From contig JAKASC010000001.1 of assembly GCA_021828245.1 (NCBI GenBank), positions 1 to 44,279 on the forward strand: DNA of 44,279 nucleotides. The letters are read 5' to 3'. Of the stretch, positions 34,874 to 44,279 are shown one piece after another; positions within the stretch are counted from its first letter, which is position 1, and every line of letters begins with the position of its first letter. This DNA is from Acidobacteriota bacterium. Lineage in GTDB: Bacteria > Acidobacteriota > Terriglobia > UBA7540. The notes below the pieces were generated by a model, which saw nothing but the letters and a program-made list of their open reading frames with translations, had not been told where the DNA came from and did not search any database. The translations under genes and the position numbers were made by a program.

Positions 34874-36529
34874 TCATACCTCCAGCACGACCGGCAGGAC
34901 CATGGGGCGCTTGCCGGTTTGCTCGTCGAAGTGGCGGCGGAGGGCGGTGCGAATTTTTTCTTTGATCACGCCCCAGTCCGCGATCTCCTCGGCGTTGGAT
35001 TTTTCGAGCGTGGCCAAAATGACCTGGCGCGCGCTCGCGGCGAGTTCATCCGCCTGATCCATGGGGACAAACCCGCGAGAGACGATTTCGGGCGGGGCTT
35101 CGAGCCGGCCGGTATGTTCATTGATAGCCAGAATCGGGATGACAATGCCATCTTCGGAGATGTGGCGGCGCTCCTTCAGAATGACGTCGCCCACCTCATC
35201 CAGGGTGCCGACGTCAATGCAGACGCGGCCCACCGGCACGCGGCCGGCTTTGCGGGCCGAGCGGCCGTCGAATTCCAGCACGTCGCCGCTCTCCAACAGA
35301 AAGACCTCCCCGATGTTGCCGTTCATCTCGCGGGCCATGGCGGCGTGGCGGGAAAGCTGGCGGAATTCGCCGTGGAGAGGAATGAAATAGCGCGGCCGCA
35401 CCAGGCTCAACATGAGTTTGAGTTCTTCGGCGCTGCCGTGGCCGGAGACGTGCACGGGCGGTTGAGAGCCGTCGTCGTAATAGACCTGGACCCCGCGGCG
35501 GCAAAGATGGTCCATCATGCGGAAGATGGACTTCTCATTGCCGGGAATGATCCGCGCCGAAAGAACCACGTCGTCGCCCGGCTCGACCGAAACCCAACGG
35601 TGCTGGTCCACCGCGATGCGGGAAAGCGCCGCCATCGGCTCGCCTTGACTGCCGGTCACGACCAGCGCAACGCGGTTGGCAGGGAGCTTGCGGACTTCCT
35701 GCGGCTGAACGAGCAGGCCCGGGGGAATGCTCAGCTTGCCCATTTGGAGGGCAATTTCAGAATTCTGAAACATCGCGCGGCCGACAAAGCAAAGCCTCCG
35801 GCCCTGCTCGCGCGCGAGGTCGGCGATGATTTGCATGCGGTGCAGCGAGGTGGAAAAGCACGAAAAAACCACGCGGCCTTTGGCGGTGGTCAGGATTTCG
35901 AGGAAGCGCTCGCGAACGGCTCGCTCGGAAGGCGTCATGCCGGGTCGCTCGGCGTTGGTGGAATCGGAGAAGAGCGCCAGAACGCCTTTCCGCCCGTAAT
36001 CGGCCAGCGTGTGCAGGTCGCTTTGCTTCTGGTCGGTCGGCGTGGGGTCGAGTTTGAAATCGCCGGTATGAATGACGGTGCCGAGCGGCGTGGTCAGCGC
36101 CAGCGCGCCCGATTCGATAATGCTGTGGGTCAGATGGATGAACTCCACGCGAAAAGGCCCAACATCGAAAGGCGAGCCAGGACGCATCTCGCGCAAGTCC
36201 GCGCCTTCCTCGAGGCCGTGCTCCGCCAGCTTGGCTCGCGCCAGCGCCAGCGTGAAGGCCGAACCGTACACGGGCGCGTCAATTTCATCGAGCACGTAGG
36301 GCAAGGCGCCGAGGTGGTCCTCATGACCGTGGGTGAGCAAAATGGCGCGAACGCGGTCGCGATTCTCCCGAAGATAAGCGATGTCCGGGATGACGATGTC
36401 CACGCCGGGCAGTTCGGCGTCGGGGAACATCACGCCGCAGTCCACGACGACCACATGGTCTTCGTATTCGAAGGCCATCATGTTCATGCCGAATTCGCCC
36501 AGGCCGCCGAGCGGAATGGCCCTTAGCAC
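34874..36529 (-). CDS. rnj: ribonuclease J (metallo-beta-lactamase/beta-CASP)
   Basis: LLTHGHEDHLGALPYV (HxHxDH), GDFKLD, beta-CASP motifs (SGHGSAEELK), and a typical length of 551 aa. Confidence 0.9.
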   Translation of the reverse strand: MLRAIPLGGLGEFGMNMMAFEYEDHVVVVDCGVMFPDAELPGVDIVIPDIAYLRENRDRVRAILLTHGHEDHLGALPYVLDEIDAPVYGSAFTLALARAKLAEHGLEEGADLREMRPGSPFDVGPFRVEFIHLTHSIIESGALALTTPLGTVIHTGDFKLDPTPTDQKQSDLHTLADYGRKGVLALFSDSTNAERPGMTPSERAVRERFLEILTTAKGRVVFSCFSTSLHRMQIIADLAREQGRRLCFVGRAMFQNSEIALQMGKLSIPPGLLVQPQEVRKLPANRVALVVTGSQGEPMAALSRIAVDQHRWVSVEPGDDVVLSARIIPGNEKSIFRMMDHLCRRGVQVYYDDGSQPPVHVSGHGSAEELKLMLSLVRPRYFIPLHGEFRQLSRHAAMAREMNGNIGEVFLLESGDVLEFDGRSARKAGRVPVGRVCIDVGTLDEVGDVILKERRHISEDGIVIPILAINEHTGRLEAPPEIVSRGFVPMDQADELAASARQVILATLEKSNAEEIADWGVIKEKIRTALRRHFDEQTGKRPMVLPVVLEV

Positions 36530-36748
36530 GTGTGAGTTCGCGGAGATACCTTTTGCTCCTTTAGGACGTTCATAAGCGGAACTTAGTTATAGCACAGATG
36601 GGGCAGCCCGTGCCGACGGTTTTCTGTTTTTGAACGGAATCCTTCGCCCAGCTCAGCCGAGCTCCGAATGATTTTTCGTTAAGCCGCAAAAATACCTGCG
36701 GGTCACAAAGTCGGTTCAACGGCGCGGGCCGCTTGACCTCCGGCAGGG

Positions 36749-39139
36749 ATGAGTATAAAAACAGCGATGCCGAGCCCATCAATCGAAATGCGCTTGAAGG
36801 CGGAAGGAGGTGGCGTGGCCAGCGAGGATGAAGGTTGTCGGGGATTCGCCTTGCGGCGAAGGTTGCTGATCGGCGTGGCCCTGATGGCCGCGTCCATCCC
36901 GGCGAGGGCCGCCGCCCTCACACCGCTATTTCGCCGAGGTTATACCGTCATCCCGACACCGCAAGAAGTGACGTTCCATGGAACGAGCTTCAAGTTCAGT
37001 GAGGGCTGGCGTCTGGCGCTCGGCGAAGGGGTCAAGCCGGACGATGCGGCGGTAAAGGTGTTGGAAGACGATTTGAAAAAGCGCGACGGAATCGCGCTCG
37101 AAACCGGCCGAGGAACGAGAGTCATCACGCTTGTGATGAGGCCGGGCGCCGTAGCTATTGGTCGAGCGACGGACCAACATCGGCCGGCAATTCGGCGACA
37201 GGCCTACCGGCTCGAACTGAGCGAAAGCGGGATTCGCATCACGGCCAACGCCGAAGCCGGATTATTCTACGGCGCCGAAACCTTAATCCAGCTTGTCAAA
37301 CGTGCCAACGGGAAATTTTGGTTGCCGACGGCAACCATTACCGATTGGCCCGACCTCGAAAACCGATTTATCTATTGGGACGATAGCCACCACTTGGAAC
37401 GCGTGGCGGCGTTCAAGCGGATGCTCCGCCAGGCGGCGTTTTATAAGATCAACGGCGTTGCCATCAAATTGGACGGGCACTTCCAGTACAAAAGCGCCCC
37501 CGCCGTCGTTGAGCCTTATGCGCTCTCGCCGCAGCAGTTGCAAGGGCTGACCAATTACGGGCTGAGATTTCACGTCAAGCTGATTCCCTACCTCGACGCT
37601 CCGGCGCATATCTCGTTTGTGCTGAAACATCCCGAGTACGCGACATTGCGGGAGTTTCCCGACAGCAATTACGAACTTTGCACGACGAACCCCGACACCT
37701 ACAAGCTGCTCGACGGCATGTACCGCGAACTGATGGACGCGAATCGCGGCGTGAATTATTTTGTGCTCTCGACGGATGAGCCGTATTACGTTGGCTTGGC
37801 CGACAACCGCCAATGCGATGAGGCGGCGTTAGCCAAGAAGCTCGGAAGCGTGGGCAAGGTGGAAGCTCAATTCCTCGACCGCGCGGCCGGTTACTTGCAC
37901 GCGCACGGGCGGAAGGTCATTTTTTGGGGGGAATATCCGCTCGAGCCGAGCGACATTCCGTCTCTGCCCGACTATCTCATCAACGGCGAAGTTTACGGCC
38001 CCGCGTTCGACCGCGCCTTCAAGGCTCACGGCATTCGCGAAATGATTTATACGTCCACGGAGGGCGTGGAGCCGCTCTTCCCCAATTATGCTCGGCTGCC
38101 CGCGCCGCAACTTTTTAATCCGGTGCGCATGACGAACCGGTTGCGGGCCATGTACCGCAAAATCTCGTTTGATTCGGCGCGGCAAAACGCAAACTTGATG
38201 GGAGTGATGGTCGCCGGCTGGGGCGATGAAGGGCTAAATCCGGAGACGTTCTGGCTGGGCTACACGACCGGCGCCGGTTGGGGGTGGCATCCCGCCTCAC
38301 CGAGCCCGCAAGAGGCCGCAGCCAGCTTTTATCGTCTGTTCTACGGCTCGGGAGCGCGGGACATGGCGCGCGTGTATCAGTTGATGAGCACGCAGGCGGA
38401 GTTCTGGAATAGCAGTTGGGACCTTAAGCCTTCGACGGCTCGAAAACCCATCTTTGGAAACTCGCGCGGCATCTTTCATCCACGACGCCCGGCCCTGGAT
38501 CAGACGCTGCCGTTGCCGCCTGTGCCGCGAGGACCCTATCTGCGGCTCGCTTTTGACTGGAGTAAAGCCAACGCACGACGAGTGAGGTTGGCCCAGGAAT
38601 TGATGCCGAAGAATCAAGAGTTGAGAGAACTGCTCCATGAGAACATAATGTCCGCGCAACTTAACAGATACAACCTGCAGGTTTTCTTGACCATTGCTAA
38701 TCTCGAACGGCAGAACCTGCAGATGCTCGTGGAGATGGACCAGATCAGCCGGGCGCTCGAAGGCGCGGAGGAGGCGGCAGCGCAGGTTCAGCCGCAGCGG
38801 GCGGTGGCGGATTTGGACCAAGCGCTTGCTTTAGCTTGCCGGATCAGAAAGCAACGCGACGCCGTCCTCCAGAACACCGTCGCGGTTTGGGACAAGAGCT
38901 GGTTGCCGCGCGTGGCGGAAGCCAATGGGCGCACGTATTTGAACGAAGTGGACGACGTGAAGGATCACCTGCCTGGGCGAACGGTGGATATGAGCTATTT
39001 GATTTATCGTGAGCTGATCCTGCCGCTCGGCCAATGGTATCGGCAAGTCGAGGAGGCGCGAAATCGTTATGCGCTCACGAATGGCCTGCCGGCGAGAACT
39101 GAGCCGCTGGAATGGGGAAAAACCGATCTCAAGCCATGA
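36749..39139 (+). CDS. secreted glycoside hydrolase family 20-like protein (beta-N-acetylhexosaminidase-like) with long helical C-terminal region
   Basis: Twin-Arg-like signal (RRRLLIGVALMAASIPARAAA). It starts with a GH20b-like domain (VIPTPQEVTFHG), then ITDWPDLENRFIYWDDSHH, and a D-E pair in FVLSTDEPYY. The assignment is from motif memory only and the start is uncertain (36749 or 36791). Confidence 0.5.
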   Translation: MSIKTAMPSPSIEMRLKAEGGGVASEDEGCRGFALRRRLLIGVALMAASIPARAAALTPLFRRGYTVIPTPQEVTFHGTSFKFSEGWRLALGEGVKPDDAAVKVLEDDLKKRDGIALETGRGTRVITLVMRPGAVAIGRATDQHRPAIRRQAYRLELSESGIRITANAEAGLFYGAETLIQLVKRANGKFWLPTATITDWPDLENRFIYWDDSHHLERVAAFKRMLRQAAFYKINGVAIKLDGHFQYKSAPAVVEPYALSPQQLQGLTNYGLRFHVKLIPYLDAPAHISFVLKHPEYATLREFPDSNYELCTTNPDTYKLLDGMYRELMDANRGVNYFVLSTDEPYYVGLADNRQCDEAALAKKLGSVGKVEAQFLDRAAGYLHAHGRKVIFWGEYPLEPSDIPSLPDYLINGEVYGPAFDRAFKAHGIREMIYTSTEGVEPLFPNYARLPAPQLFNPVRMTNRLRAMYRKISFDSARQNANLMGVMVAGWGDEGLNPETFWLGYTTGAGWGWHPASPSPQEAAASFYRLFYGSGARDMARVYQLMSTQAEFWNSSWDLKPSTARKPIFGNSRGIFHPRRPALDQTLPLPPVPRGPYLRLAFDWSKANARRVRLAQELMPKNQELRELLHENIMSAQLNRYNLQVFLTIANLERQNLQMLVEMDQISRALEGAEEAAAQVQPQRAVADLDQALALACRIRKQRDAVLQNTVAVWDKSWLPRVAEANGRTYLNEVDDVKDHLPGRTVDMSYLIYRELILPLGQWYRQVEEARNRYALTNGLPARTEPLEWGKTDLKP

Positions 39140-39198
39140 TGAGCGCGATGGAAAAAGACGCGGAACGGGGCCGGCGAGCTCCTCATCGCGCCTGCCTA

Positions 39199-39226
39199 TT
39201 GACAGTCATAAGGTTTCTGGTATAAG
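39199..39226 (+). promoter_or_regulatory. sigma70-like promoter (TTGACA-16 nt-TATAAG) heading a ~230-nt leader
   Basis: TTGACA at 39199-39204 and TATAAG at 39221-39226. The next start codon is at 39465. Confidence 0.4.
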
Positions 39227-39464
39227 CACTCAAGGCTCTACCCATGACAAATCTCCAGCGTGGACCGTTTCCGCCGTCGCTAGGGGTCTCGGCCGTCTGA
39301 AGTCCGCGCAAACCACCCGAGCAAAAGGTTGCGAACGGCGATGCGAGGCTGCTGCCGAGGTGGGTTTTGCGGCCGCACCGTTCTCTCTTTGCCGAGGGGC
39401 CGCGGCGCGTTATTGCTCGTTATGAAGTCCATTGCATTGTAAAATCACCAGCAAGGAGGAAGCC

Positions 39465-40688
39465 ATGTTGACCGCGACGGCCAATCTGATTCTGCCCACG
39501 ACAACCACGGGTTCATTTCCGCGTCCGCGTTGGTTTGATGTCTCGATGTGGGGGCGGCCTTTCGACACTTGTATGCTCGACGTGCGCTTTCGGGAAAAGT
39601 TCCAGGACGCCATGGCGGTGGTCATCGGCGACCAAGAGCGGGCGGGGTTGGACATTCTGACGCACGGCGATTTCCACGTGGATGAAGACCTGGCGGGCCG
39701 GGCCTGGCATCACTATCCCTTGCAGCGCTGGGCGGGGCTGGAGGGAGATTACTTGCAGCCGGAGGAAACCACGGCGCCGTGGCTGCACTATCCGCCGGGC
39801 ACGCTGCTGAATGAAATCTACACGGGCTGGCGCTGGCCGCACGTGGTGGGCAAGATTGAACATCGGCCACTCGATTATCCGAAGCTCTGGCGCATCGCGC
39901 AATCGAAGTCGGGCAAGCCCGTCAAGTTCGGCACGTGCTGCTCGCAGGTGATGGCGCTGTTTCTCGACATCCACACGCCGCGCTACAAAGACAAGCGCGA
40001 AGTGATTTGGGACATGGCGGTGGCCATGAACAAAGAGCTTTTGGCGCTGCGCGATGCCGGCGCCCGGTGCATCCAGACGGAAGAGCCGACGTTCCACTTT
40101 ATGGCAAACACCTATGGCAAAGACCACGCCGAAGTGAAATTCATGATTGACGCATTCAATCGCGAGGTCCAAGGGCTCGACGACGTGGAATTGTGGATTC
40201 ACACCTGCTGGGGGAATCCCAATATGCAGCGGGTGATGGAGGACACCAGCTACGCCAACTCCATCGAAATTTATCTGGAGCGCTGCCGCGGCGACGTGTG
40301 GACACTCGAAATGAAGGACCGTCATCAGAAGGACATCGAGCTTTTTGCGCCGTTCAAAAACGACCTGAAGAAGAAAATCGCCATCGGCGTGGTCAGCCAT
40401 CGGACGCTCCAAGCCGACCGGCCGGAAGACGTGGCGGCGGAGATTCGCCAGGCGCTGAAATACATTCCTGCGGAGCAATTGATTGTCTCCAGCGATTGCG
40501 GCTTTGGCCGGCAGGGCGCGAACCGCGAAATTGCTTTTTATAAAGCGAGCGCCATTGCCCAGGGCGCCAATATCGTGCGACGCGAACTTGGTCTGCCGAC
40601 GACGTACGTACCCGCCGCCGACCCGAAATTGCAGGTGGACGTCGTCCCAGGCCGCGACGTGGCGCGAGCAACGGACGGACGCGGTTAA
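39465..40688 (+). CDS. cobalamin-independent methionine synthase C-terminal-domain family protein (Meth_synt_2 / core-MetE-like)
   Basis: LPTTTTGSFPRPRWF at the N-terminus, HTCWGN and SSDCGFG (Zn-ligand His and Cys positions of the MetE catalytic domain). It is a single-domain protein of 407 aa. AAGGAGGA lies upstream of ATG 39465. Confidence 0.8.
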   Translation: MLTATANLILPTTTTGSFPRPRWFDVSMWGRPFDTCMLDVRFREKFQDAMAVVIGDQERAGLDILTHGDFHVDEDLAGRAWHHYPLQRWAGLEGDYLQPEETTAPWLHYPPGTLLNEIYTGWRWPHVVGKIEHRPLDYPKLWRIAQSKSGKPVKFGTCCSQVMALFLDIHTPRYKDKREVIWDMAVAMNKELLALRDAGARCIQTEEPTFHFMANTYGKDHAEVKFMIDAFNREVQGLDDVELWIHTCWGNPNMQRVMEDTSYANSIEIYLERCRGDVWTLEMKDRHQKDIELFAPFKNDLKKKIAIGVVSHRTLQADRPEDVAAEIRQALKYIPAEQLIVSSDCGFGRQGANREIAFYKASAIAQGANIVRRELGLPTTYVPAADPKLQVDVVPGRDVARATDGRG

Positions 40689-40871
40689 GCCGCCGGCCGG
40701 CATTGACCACCGCTTCCTCACGCCAAGCCAAACCTCGCACGCGCCTCGGCTGCCGGACGTGAAAGTCGCCTCAGCCTTGGGGCAATACGCGGACGGAAAA
40801 AGGAGATGTCACCCGGCCGCGACGCTGCCACGGCAAGTTTTTGACCGACCTGTTAAGATAGACTACGGAGG

Positions 40872-41927
40872 ATGCGAAAAAGCGTGGAGAGCCTGCGCAA
40901 GGACGGAGCCCGGAGTGTGGGCCGGCGGGTGATGGCAATTTATGCCATTTTGCTGGCCGTGAATTTGGGCGCGTGGGTATGGGCCGCGGTGGTTTTTCAT
41001 CCTTACCCGATTTTGCTGGGGACGGCGTTGTTGGCGTATAGCTTCGGACTGCGCCACGCTGTGGACGCCGATCATATCGCCGCCATTGACAACGTGACGC
41101 GCAAATTGATGCAGGAGGGTCAGCGCCCGGTCGCGGTGGGCTTTATGTTTTCACTCGGTCACTCGACCGTGGTGGTGCTGGGCGCAGCGGCCATTGCCGG
41201 AACCGCCATGGCGCTCCAGCTTCACATGGGCACGATCCGTCAGTTGGGCGGGATCATCGGCACGATAGTTTCGGCACTGTTTCTGTTTGCCATCGCCGGA
41301 GTCAATCTTATCGTGCTTCGCTCCGTGTACCGGGTGTTTGCCAAGGTTCGGCGCGGCGAACCTTACGTGGAGGAAGACTTCGATCTTCTGCTCGGCAGCC
41401 GAGGCTTTCTGGCGCGGCTGTTCCGTCCCGTCTTCCGAATGGTCAAGCGCAGTTGGCAGATGTACCCGGTGGGCGTTTTGTTCGGACTGGGCTTTGACAC
41501 GGCGACGGAAATCGGCGTTTTGGCTCTATCCGCCGCCGAGGCGTCGAAGGGCTTGCCGTTTTGGAAGATTCTGGTGTTTCCGGTGCTTTTTGCGGCTGGC
41601 ATGTCCTTGATTGACACGACGGACAACATTCTGATGCTCGGCGCATACGGGTGGGCCTTCGTCAAACCCGTGCGCAAGCTTTATTACAACTTGACGATTA
41701 CCTGCGTCTCCGTGATGGTGGCGCTCGTGGTGGGAGGCATCGAAGCGCTCGGACTGATGGCCGAGCAGTTTCATTTGCAGGGAACCTTCTGGAACGGCGT
41801 GGCGCGGTTAAATCACAATTTCGGGGTTCTCGGCTATTTTATCATCGGCCTTTTTGCCTTGAGCTGGATCGTGTCCATTGCGGTTTACAAGTGGAGGCGC
41901 TTCGACGAGATTGAAGTGGATGTTTAA
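40872..41927 (+). CDS. HoxN/HupN/NixA-family nickel/cobalt transporter (NiCoT)
   Basis: Signature LRHAVDADHIAAIDNVTRKL, plus FSLGHSTVV, LFGLGFDTATE and eight TM helices. The start could instead be ATG 40932. Confidence 0.85.
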   Translation: MRKSVESLRKDGARSVGRRVMAIYAILLAVNLGAWVWAAVVFHPYPILLGTALLAYSFGLRHAVDADHIAAIDNVTRKLMQEGQRPVAVGFMFSLGHSTVVVLGAAAIAGTAMALQLHMGTIRQLGGIIGTIVSALFLFAIAGVNLIVLRSVYRVFAKVRRGEPYVEEDFDLLLGSRGFLARLFRPVFRMVKRSWQMYPVGVLFGLGFDTATEIGVLALSAAEASKGLPFWKILVFPVLFAAGMSLIDTTDNILMLGAYGWAFVKPVRKLYYNLTITCVSVMVALVVGGIEALGLMAEQFHLQGTFWNGVARLNHNFGVLGYFIIGLFALSWIVSIAVYKWRRFDEIEVDV

Positions 41928-42080
41928 GGCCGAGCAGGACGTGAGCTCCGAAGGCGCTTGTCCAAAGCAAGGCGTGCACCTCGCCCGTCGTTATGACGTG
42001 GGCTTCGCCTAGCGGCACTTGGGCCGCAGCCTTCCGCATCCAGCGACAATCCTTGTTCAGCGCATCGGAGCGACGGCTCC

Positions 42081-43007
42081 TCAACGGCGGAAGCCGCGAT
42101 AGAAACCTCGCCGGAAACCACCCCATTCGTAATCAAAACCAATAAAGAAAGGAGAATAGCCGCCGTCCCACCACGGCCAGGGGCCGTAAACGGGATAGCC
42201 GCAAGCGGCGCACGGCGGGGGACCAGGAGGAACAAATTGCGGGCGATGCCGCAGCGTGGGAGGCCCTTGGCGGGCGCTGTAGTCGGATTGAGTCACCGGG
42301 CGGAAAGCCACCTGACTCTCGCGGGTGGAAAACGTAACCGGGGATTCCAGTTCAAAGGTCAGTTCGGTTTCGGCCGGAATGACGGCCGGGCGGCCGCGGG
42401 TCAGCAGCACGCCGGCGAGTCCGGCACCCGCGCCAATGGCCGCGCCGATGCCAGCGCCTTCGCCGCCGTTGGCTGCCGCGCCGATAATCGCACCCATCCC
42501 GGTGGTGGTTCCAACCGCCTCGGCATCGCGGCCCCGGGAGGTTCCCCCGGAGGTTCGCACAAGCTGGGTTTGGACGGGAACCTGTTGGCCATCCACAAGA
42601 ATCAGCCGGCTCAATTCAACGCTGAGGCGTGAAACCCCACGGATACGCCCCGCCTTCTTCGCCACATCCACGCGACCAATGACCGTCTCCCCGCGGCGCG
42701 CCACGACCCATCCGTTGACGACCAACGGCTCAACCAGTTCGCCGCGAAACAATTCGCCCGGCTTGTCGCGGTTGCTTGAAAGATAATCCGAGGTGCGCAT
42801 GATGATGAGGGTTCCGGCAGGGAGCGTTAAGGTGGACGGGACCTCGGCGTAAGGCGGATCGTTGTTCGCCGCGCCGGCCGCGGGCGGGCCATTGGGAACG
42901 GAGGTATTCTGCCCGGCCCAGAGCGGCGACGCGGCGACGGCCAACACCAGCAAGACGCCCGCTCGGCCGGCGAGTGGTTTGTATCGGTTAGCCTTCAAGC
43001 GACGCAT
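42081..43007 (-). CDS. secreted glycine-zipper protein with aromatic/Arg-rich C-terminus
   Basis: ATG 43007 is preceded by AAGGAG. Signal peptide MRRLKANRYKPLAGRAGVLLVLAVAASPLWAG. Glycine-zipper segment GMGAIIGAAANGGEGAGIGAAIGAGAGLAGVL. The tail is PWPWWDGGYSPFFIGFDYEWGGFRRGFYRGFRR. Confidence 0.55.
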   Translation of the reverse strand: MRRLKANRYKPLAGRAGVLLVLAVAASPLWAGQNTSVPNGPPAAGAANNDPPYAEVPSTLTLPAGTLIIMRTSDYLSSNRDKPGELFRGELVEPLVVNGWVVARRGETVIGRVDVAKKAGRIRGVSRLSVELSRLILVDGQQVPVQTQLVRTSGGTSRGRDAEAVGTTTGMGAIIGAAANGGEGAGIGAAIGAGAGLAGVLLTRGRPAVIPAETELTFELESPVTFSTRESQVAFRPVTQSDYSARQGPPTLRHRPQFVPPGPPPCAACGYPVYGPWPWWDGGYSPFFIGFDYEWGGFRRGFYRGFRR

Positions 43008-43377
43008 GGATGGTGACTCCTTGGTGACCTGCCCTCCGGGCAAGCTGCGTTGCCCGGCGGTACTGAGCTTGTCCGGCCGAGGGGGGACCTTCAACCCGAC
43101 GCCGGAGGGAGGTTCCACGCAATGCCTGCAACCCCTTGGCCGGCATGCAAGCTCAACTTGCGGGCTCGCGACCGTAAGCGGCGGCCGGAAAACCGAACCC
43201 ACCGTGCCTCGTAGCACGTTGCGTGCCGATTTTGCTGAAATTAGGTTTCTTACTGAAAAAGCGAAGGTTATGGCGTTGGAGCAGGTTGCGACTCATAGTC
43301 TTTGAAATTCGGGGATGGCTGGATTTCACCTCTGGGTGATGGATTTCAACCACCCGGCGCGAGAGTCGTCGAGGGCA

Positions 43378-44112
43378 CTATGAACGGGCTGAGGCGGCTC
43401 GGATGCCGGCGAGGGAAAAATCGGCGATATGGCGAGCGATACCGTCAATGACTTGGGGAGTGAATTTGAGGCCGCGCGTCATGCGTTCGAAGACCGGGCG
43501 CGAAGAGTAGTAAAACAGGCACTGGGCTTGAATGCTGACGGCGCATTGCCAGACCCGCTCGTCGCGCACCGTAGAACCCATCAGCGTGGCGACCAGCGCG
43601 CCGAGGCGTTGGGCGTTTGGACGAATGCCACGCTCGATAATCAAGTCCAGCGCCGGCGAGGGCTCGAGCATTTCGCGGCCCAGCAGCCGGTCCATCCAAT
43701 TCTCGCTGCGCGCGGATAGGAGACGACCGAGGAAATTGCGGACGTAGGCGCGGAGTTGCTCTTCCGGCGTCAGCGCGGCGTCCTGGGGGATGAGGTCGCC
43801 TTTAGCGGTCTCCATGTGGTCGGCAAGCCAACCGATGACTTCTTTGTAGAGCCCCAGCTTGCTGCCAAAGTAGTAGTTAACCGCCGCCAGGTTAACTTGG
43901 GCTACGCGGCAGATTTCACGAACAGTCAAATCCTTGAAGCCGCGCTCGGCGAACAAGCGAGCGGCATGGCGAAGGATGCGCTCACGGGTATTGTGGTCGG
44001 GGACCGACGACCCGGACGGAAGAGATGAGCGGGCGCGGCTGGGGCGAGTTCCACGGCGGGCACGACGGCGCGGGCGTTCAGGCGCGGCTGGTTGCGGAGG
44101 AAGCAACGCCAT
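43378..44112 (-). CDS. TetR/AcrR-family transcriptional regulator
   Basis: HTH region [50 protein letters not shown] 44112 is chosen because the 44157 start overlaps the upstream ABC gene even more. The N-terminal tail is Arg/Pro-rich. Confidence 0.85.
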   Translation of the reverse strand: MALLPPQPAAPERPRRRARRGTRPSRARSSLPSGSSVPDHNTRERILRHAARLFAERGFKDLTVREICRVAQVNLAAVNYYFGSKLGLYKEVIGWLADHMETAKGDLIPQDAALTPEEQLRAYVRNFLGRLLSARSENWMDRLLGREMLEPSPALDLIIERGIRPNAQRLGALVATLMGSTVRDERVWQCAVSIQAQCLFYYSSRPVFERMTRGLKFTPQVIDGIARHIADFSLAGIRAASARS

Positions 44113-44279
44113 GGGGGAGCAATCGTCCTTTCTCCAGATGCCGGATGACGCTGGCAAAACCCGCGGCGCGCGGGTCGTGGGTTACCATGACAATCGGCTT
44201 GTGAAAATCGCGGTTCAAACGGCTGAGAATTTGTAAAATCTCTTCCGCCGACTGAGCGTCCAGGTCGCCGGTCGGCTCG
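44078..44279 (-). CDS. ABC transporter ATP-binding protein, C-terminal part (MacB/LolD-like; continues beyond window end)
   Basis: My own minus-strand translation gives [54 protein letters not shown]...*. This covers the end of Walker B (D)EPTG-LD and the H-loop VTHD. It is not in the ORF track because its start lies outside the window. Confidence 0.7.
   Translation of the reverse strand, partial: EPTGDLDAQSAEEILQILSRLNRDFHKPIVMVTHDPRAAGFASVIRHLEKGRLLPHGVASSATSRA

Noticed and set aside
40689-40871. Cobalamin or NiCo riboswitch upstream of the NiCoT transporter.
   Set aside because: There are fragments such as GUGAAAGUC and GCCACGG, but no B12 box or GGGAA-type core and no convincing multi-helix junction. 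The evidence is insufficient.

Overview
High-GC (by eye about 60-65%) bacterial chromosomal window; gene content looks Acidobacteriota-like, but that is only a guess. Most of it is housekeeping or carbohydrate and cell-wall metabolism. On the left are a partial CHAD protein, a UvrA-family ATPase, a small operon of two secreted helical proteins plus an SprT-like metallopeptidase, a GH97 glycosidase, a DUF2007-like protein, UvrC, and a YtxH/DUF948-like pair. On the right are a MurNAc/peptidoglycan-recycling cluster (AmiE-like::NamZ fusion, Na+/solute symporter, MurQ, NagA, MurA), a P3A-like P-type ATPase, an amidohydrolase, type-B succinate dehydrogenase (sdhCAB), UppP, RNase J, a GH20-like protein, a MetE-C-terminal-like methyltransferase, a NiCoT transporter, a glycine-zipper protein, a TetR regulator and a partial ABC ATPase. 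The one clearly accessory segment is about 11.67-17.35 kb. It holds three minus-strand genes: an SNF2-family helicase (by eye about 48-50% GC, with its own promoter and terminator), an alpha-class SPPY amino-methyltransferase, and an uncharacterised 288-aa protein with a PD-(D/E)xK-like motif that overlaps the methyltransferase start. These genes sit inside two nested pairs of direct repeats. A 65-bp pair exactly 5610 bp apart brackets all three genes. A roughly 225-bp pair brackets only the nuclease-methyltransferase cassette and carries four copies of a GCAGAGG motif able to form two mutually exclusive folds. No integrase or transposase is visible. I regard this island as the best candidate for an undescribed helicase-methylase-nuclease defence module and its repeat-mediated mobility. 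I found no rRNA, tRNA or CRISPR array. The many long antisense ORFs in the track are typical high-GC shadow ORFs.
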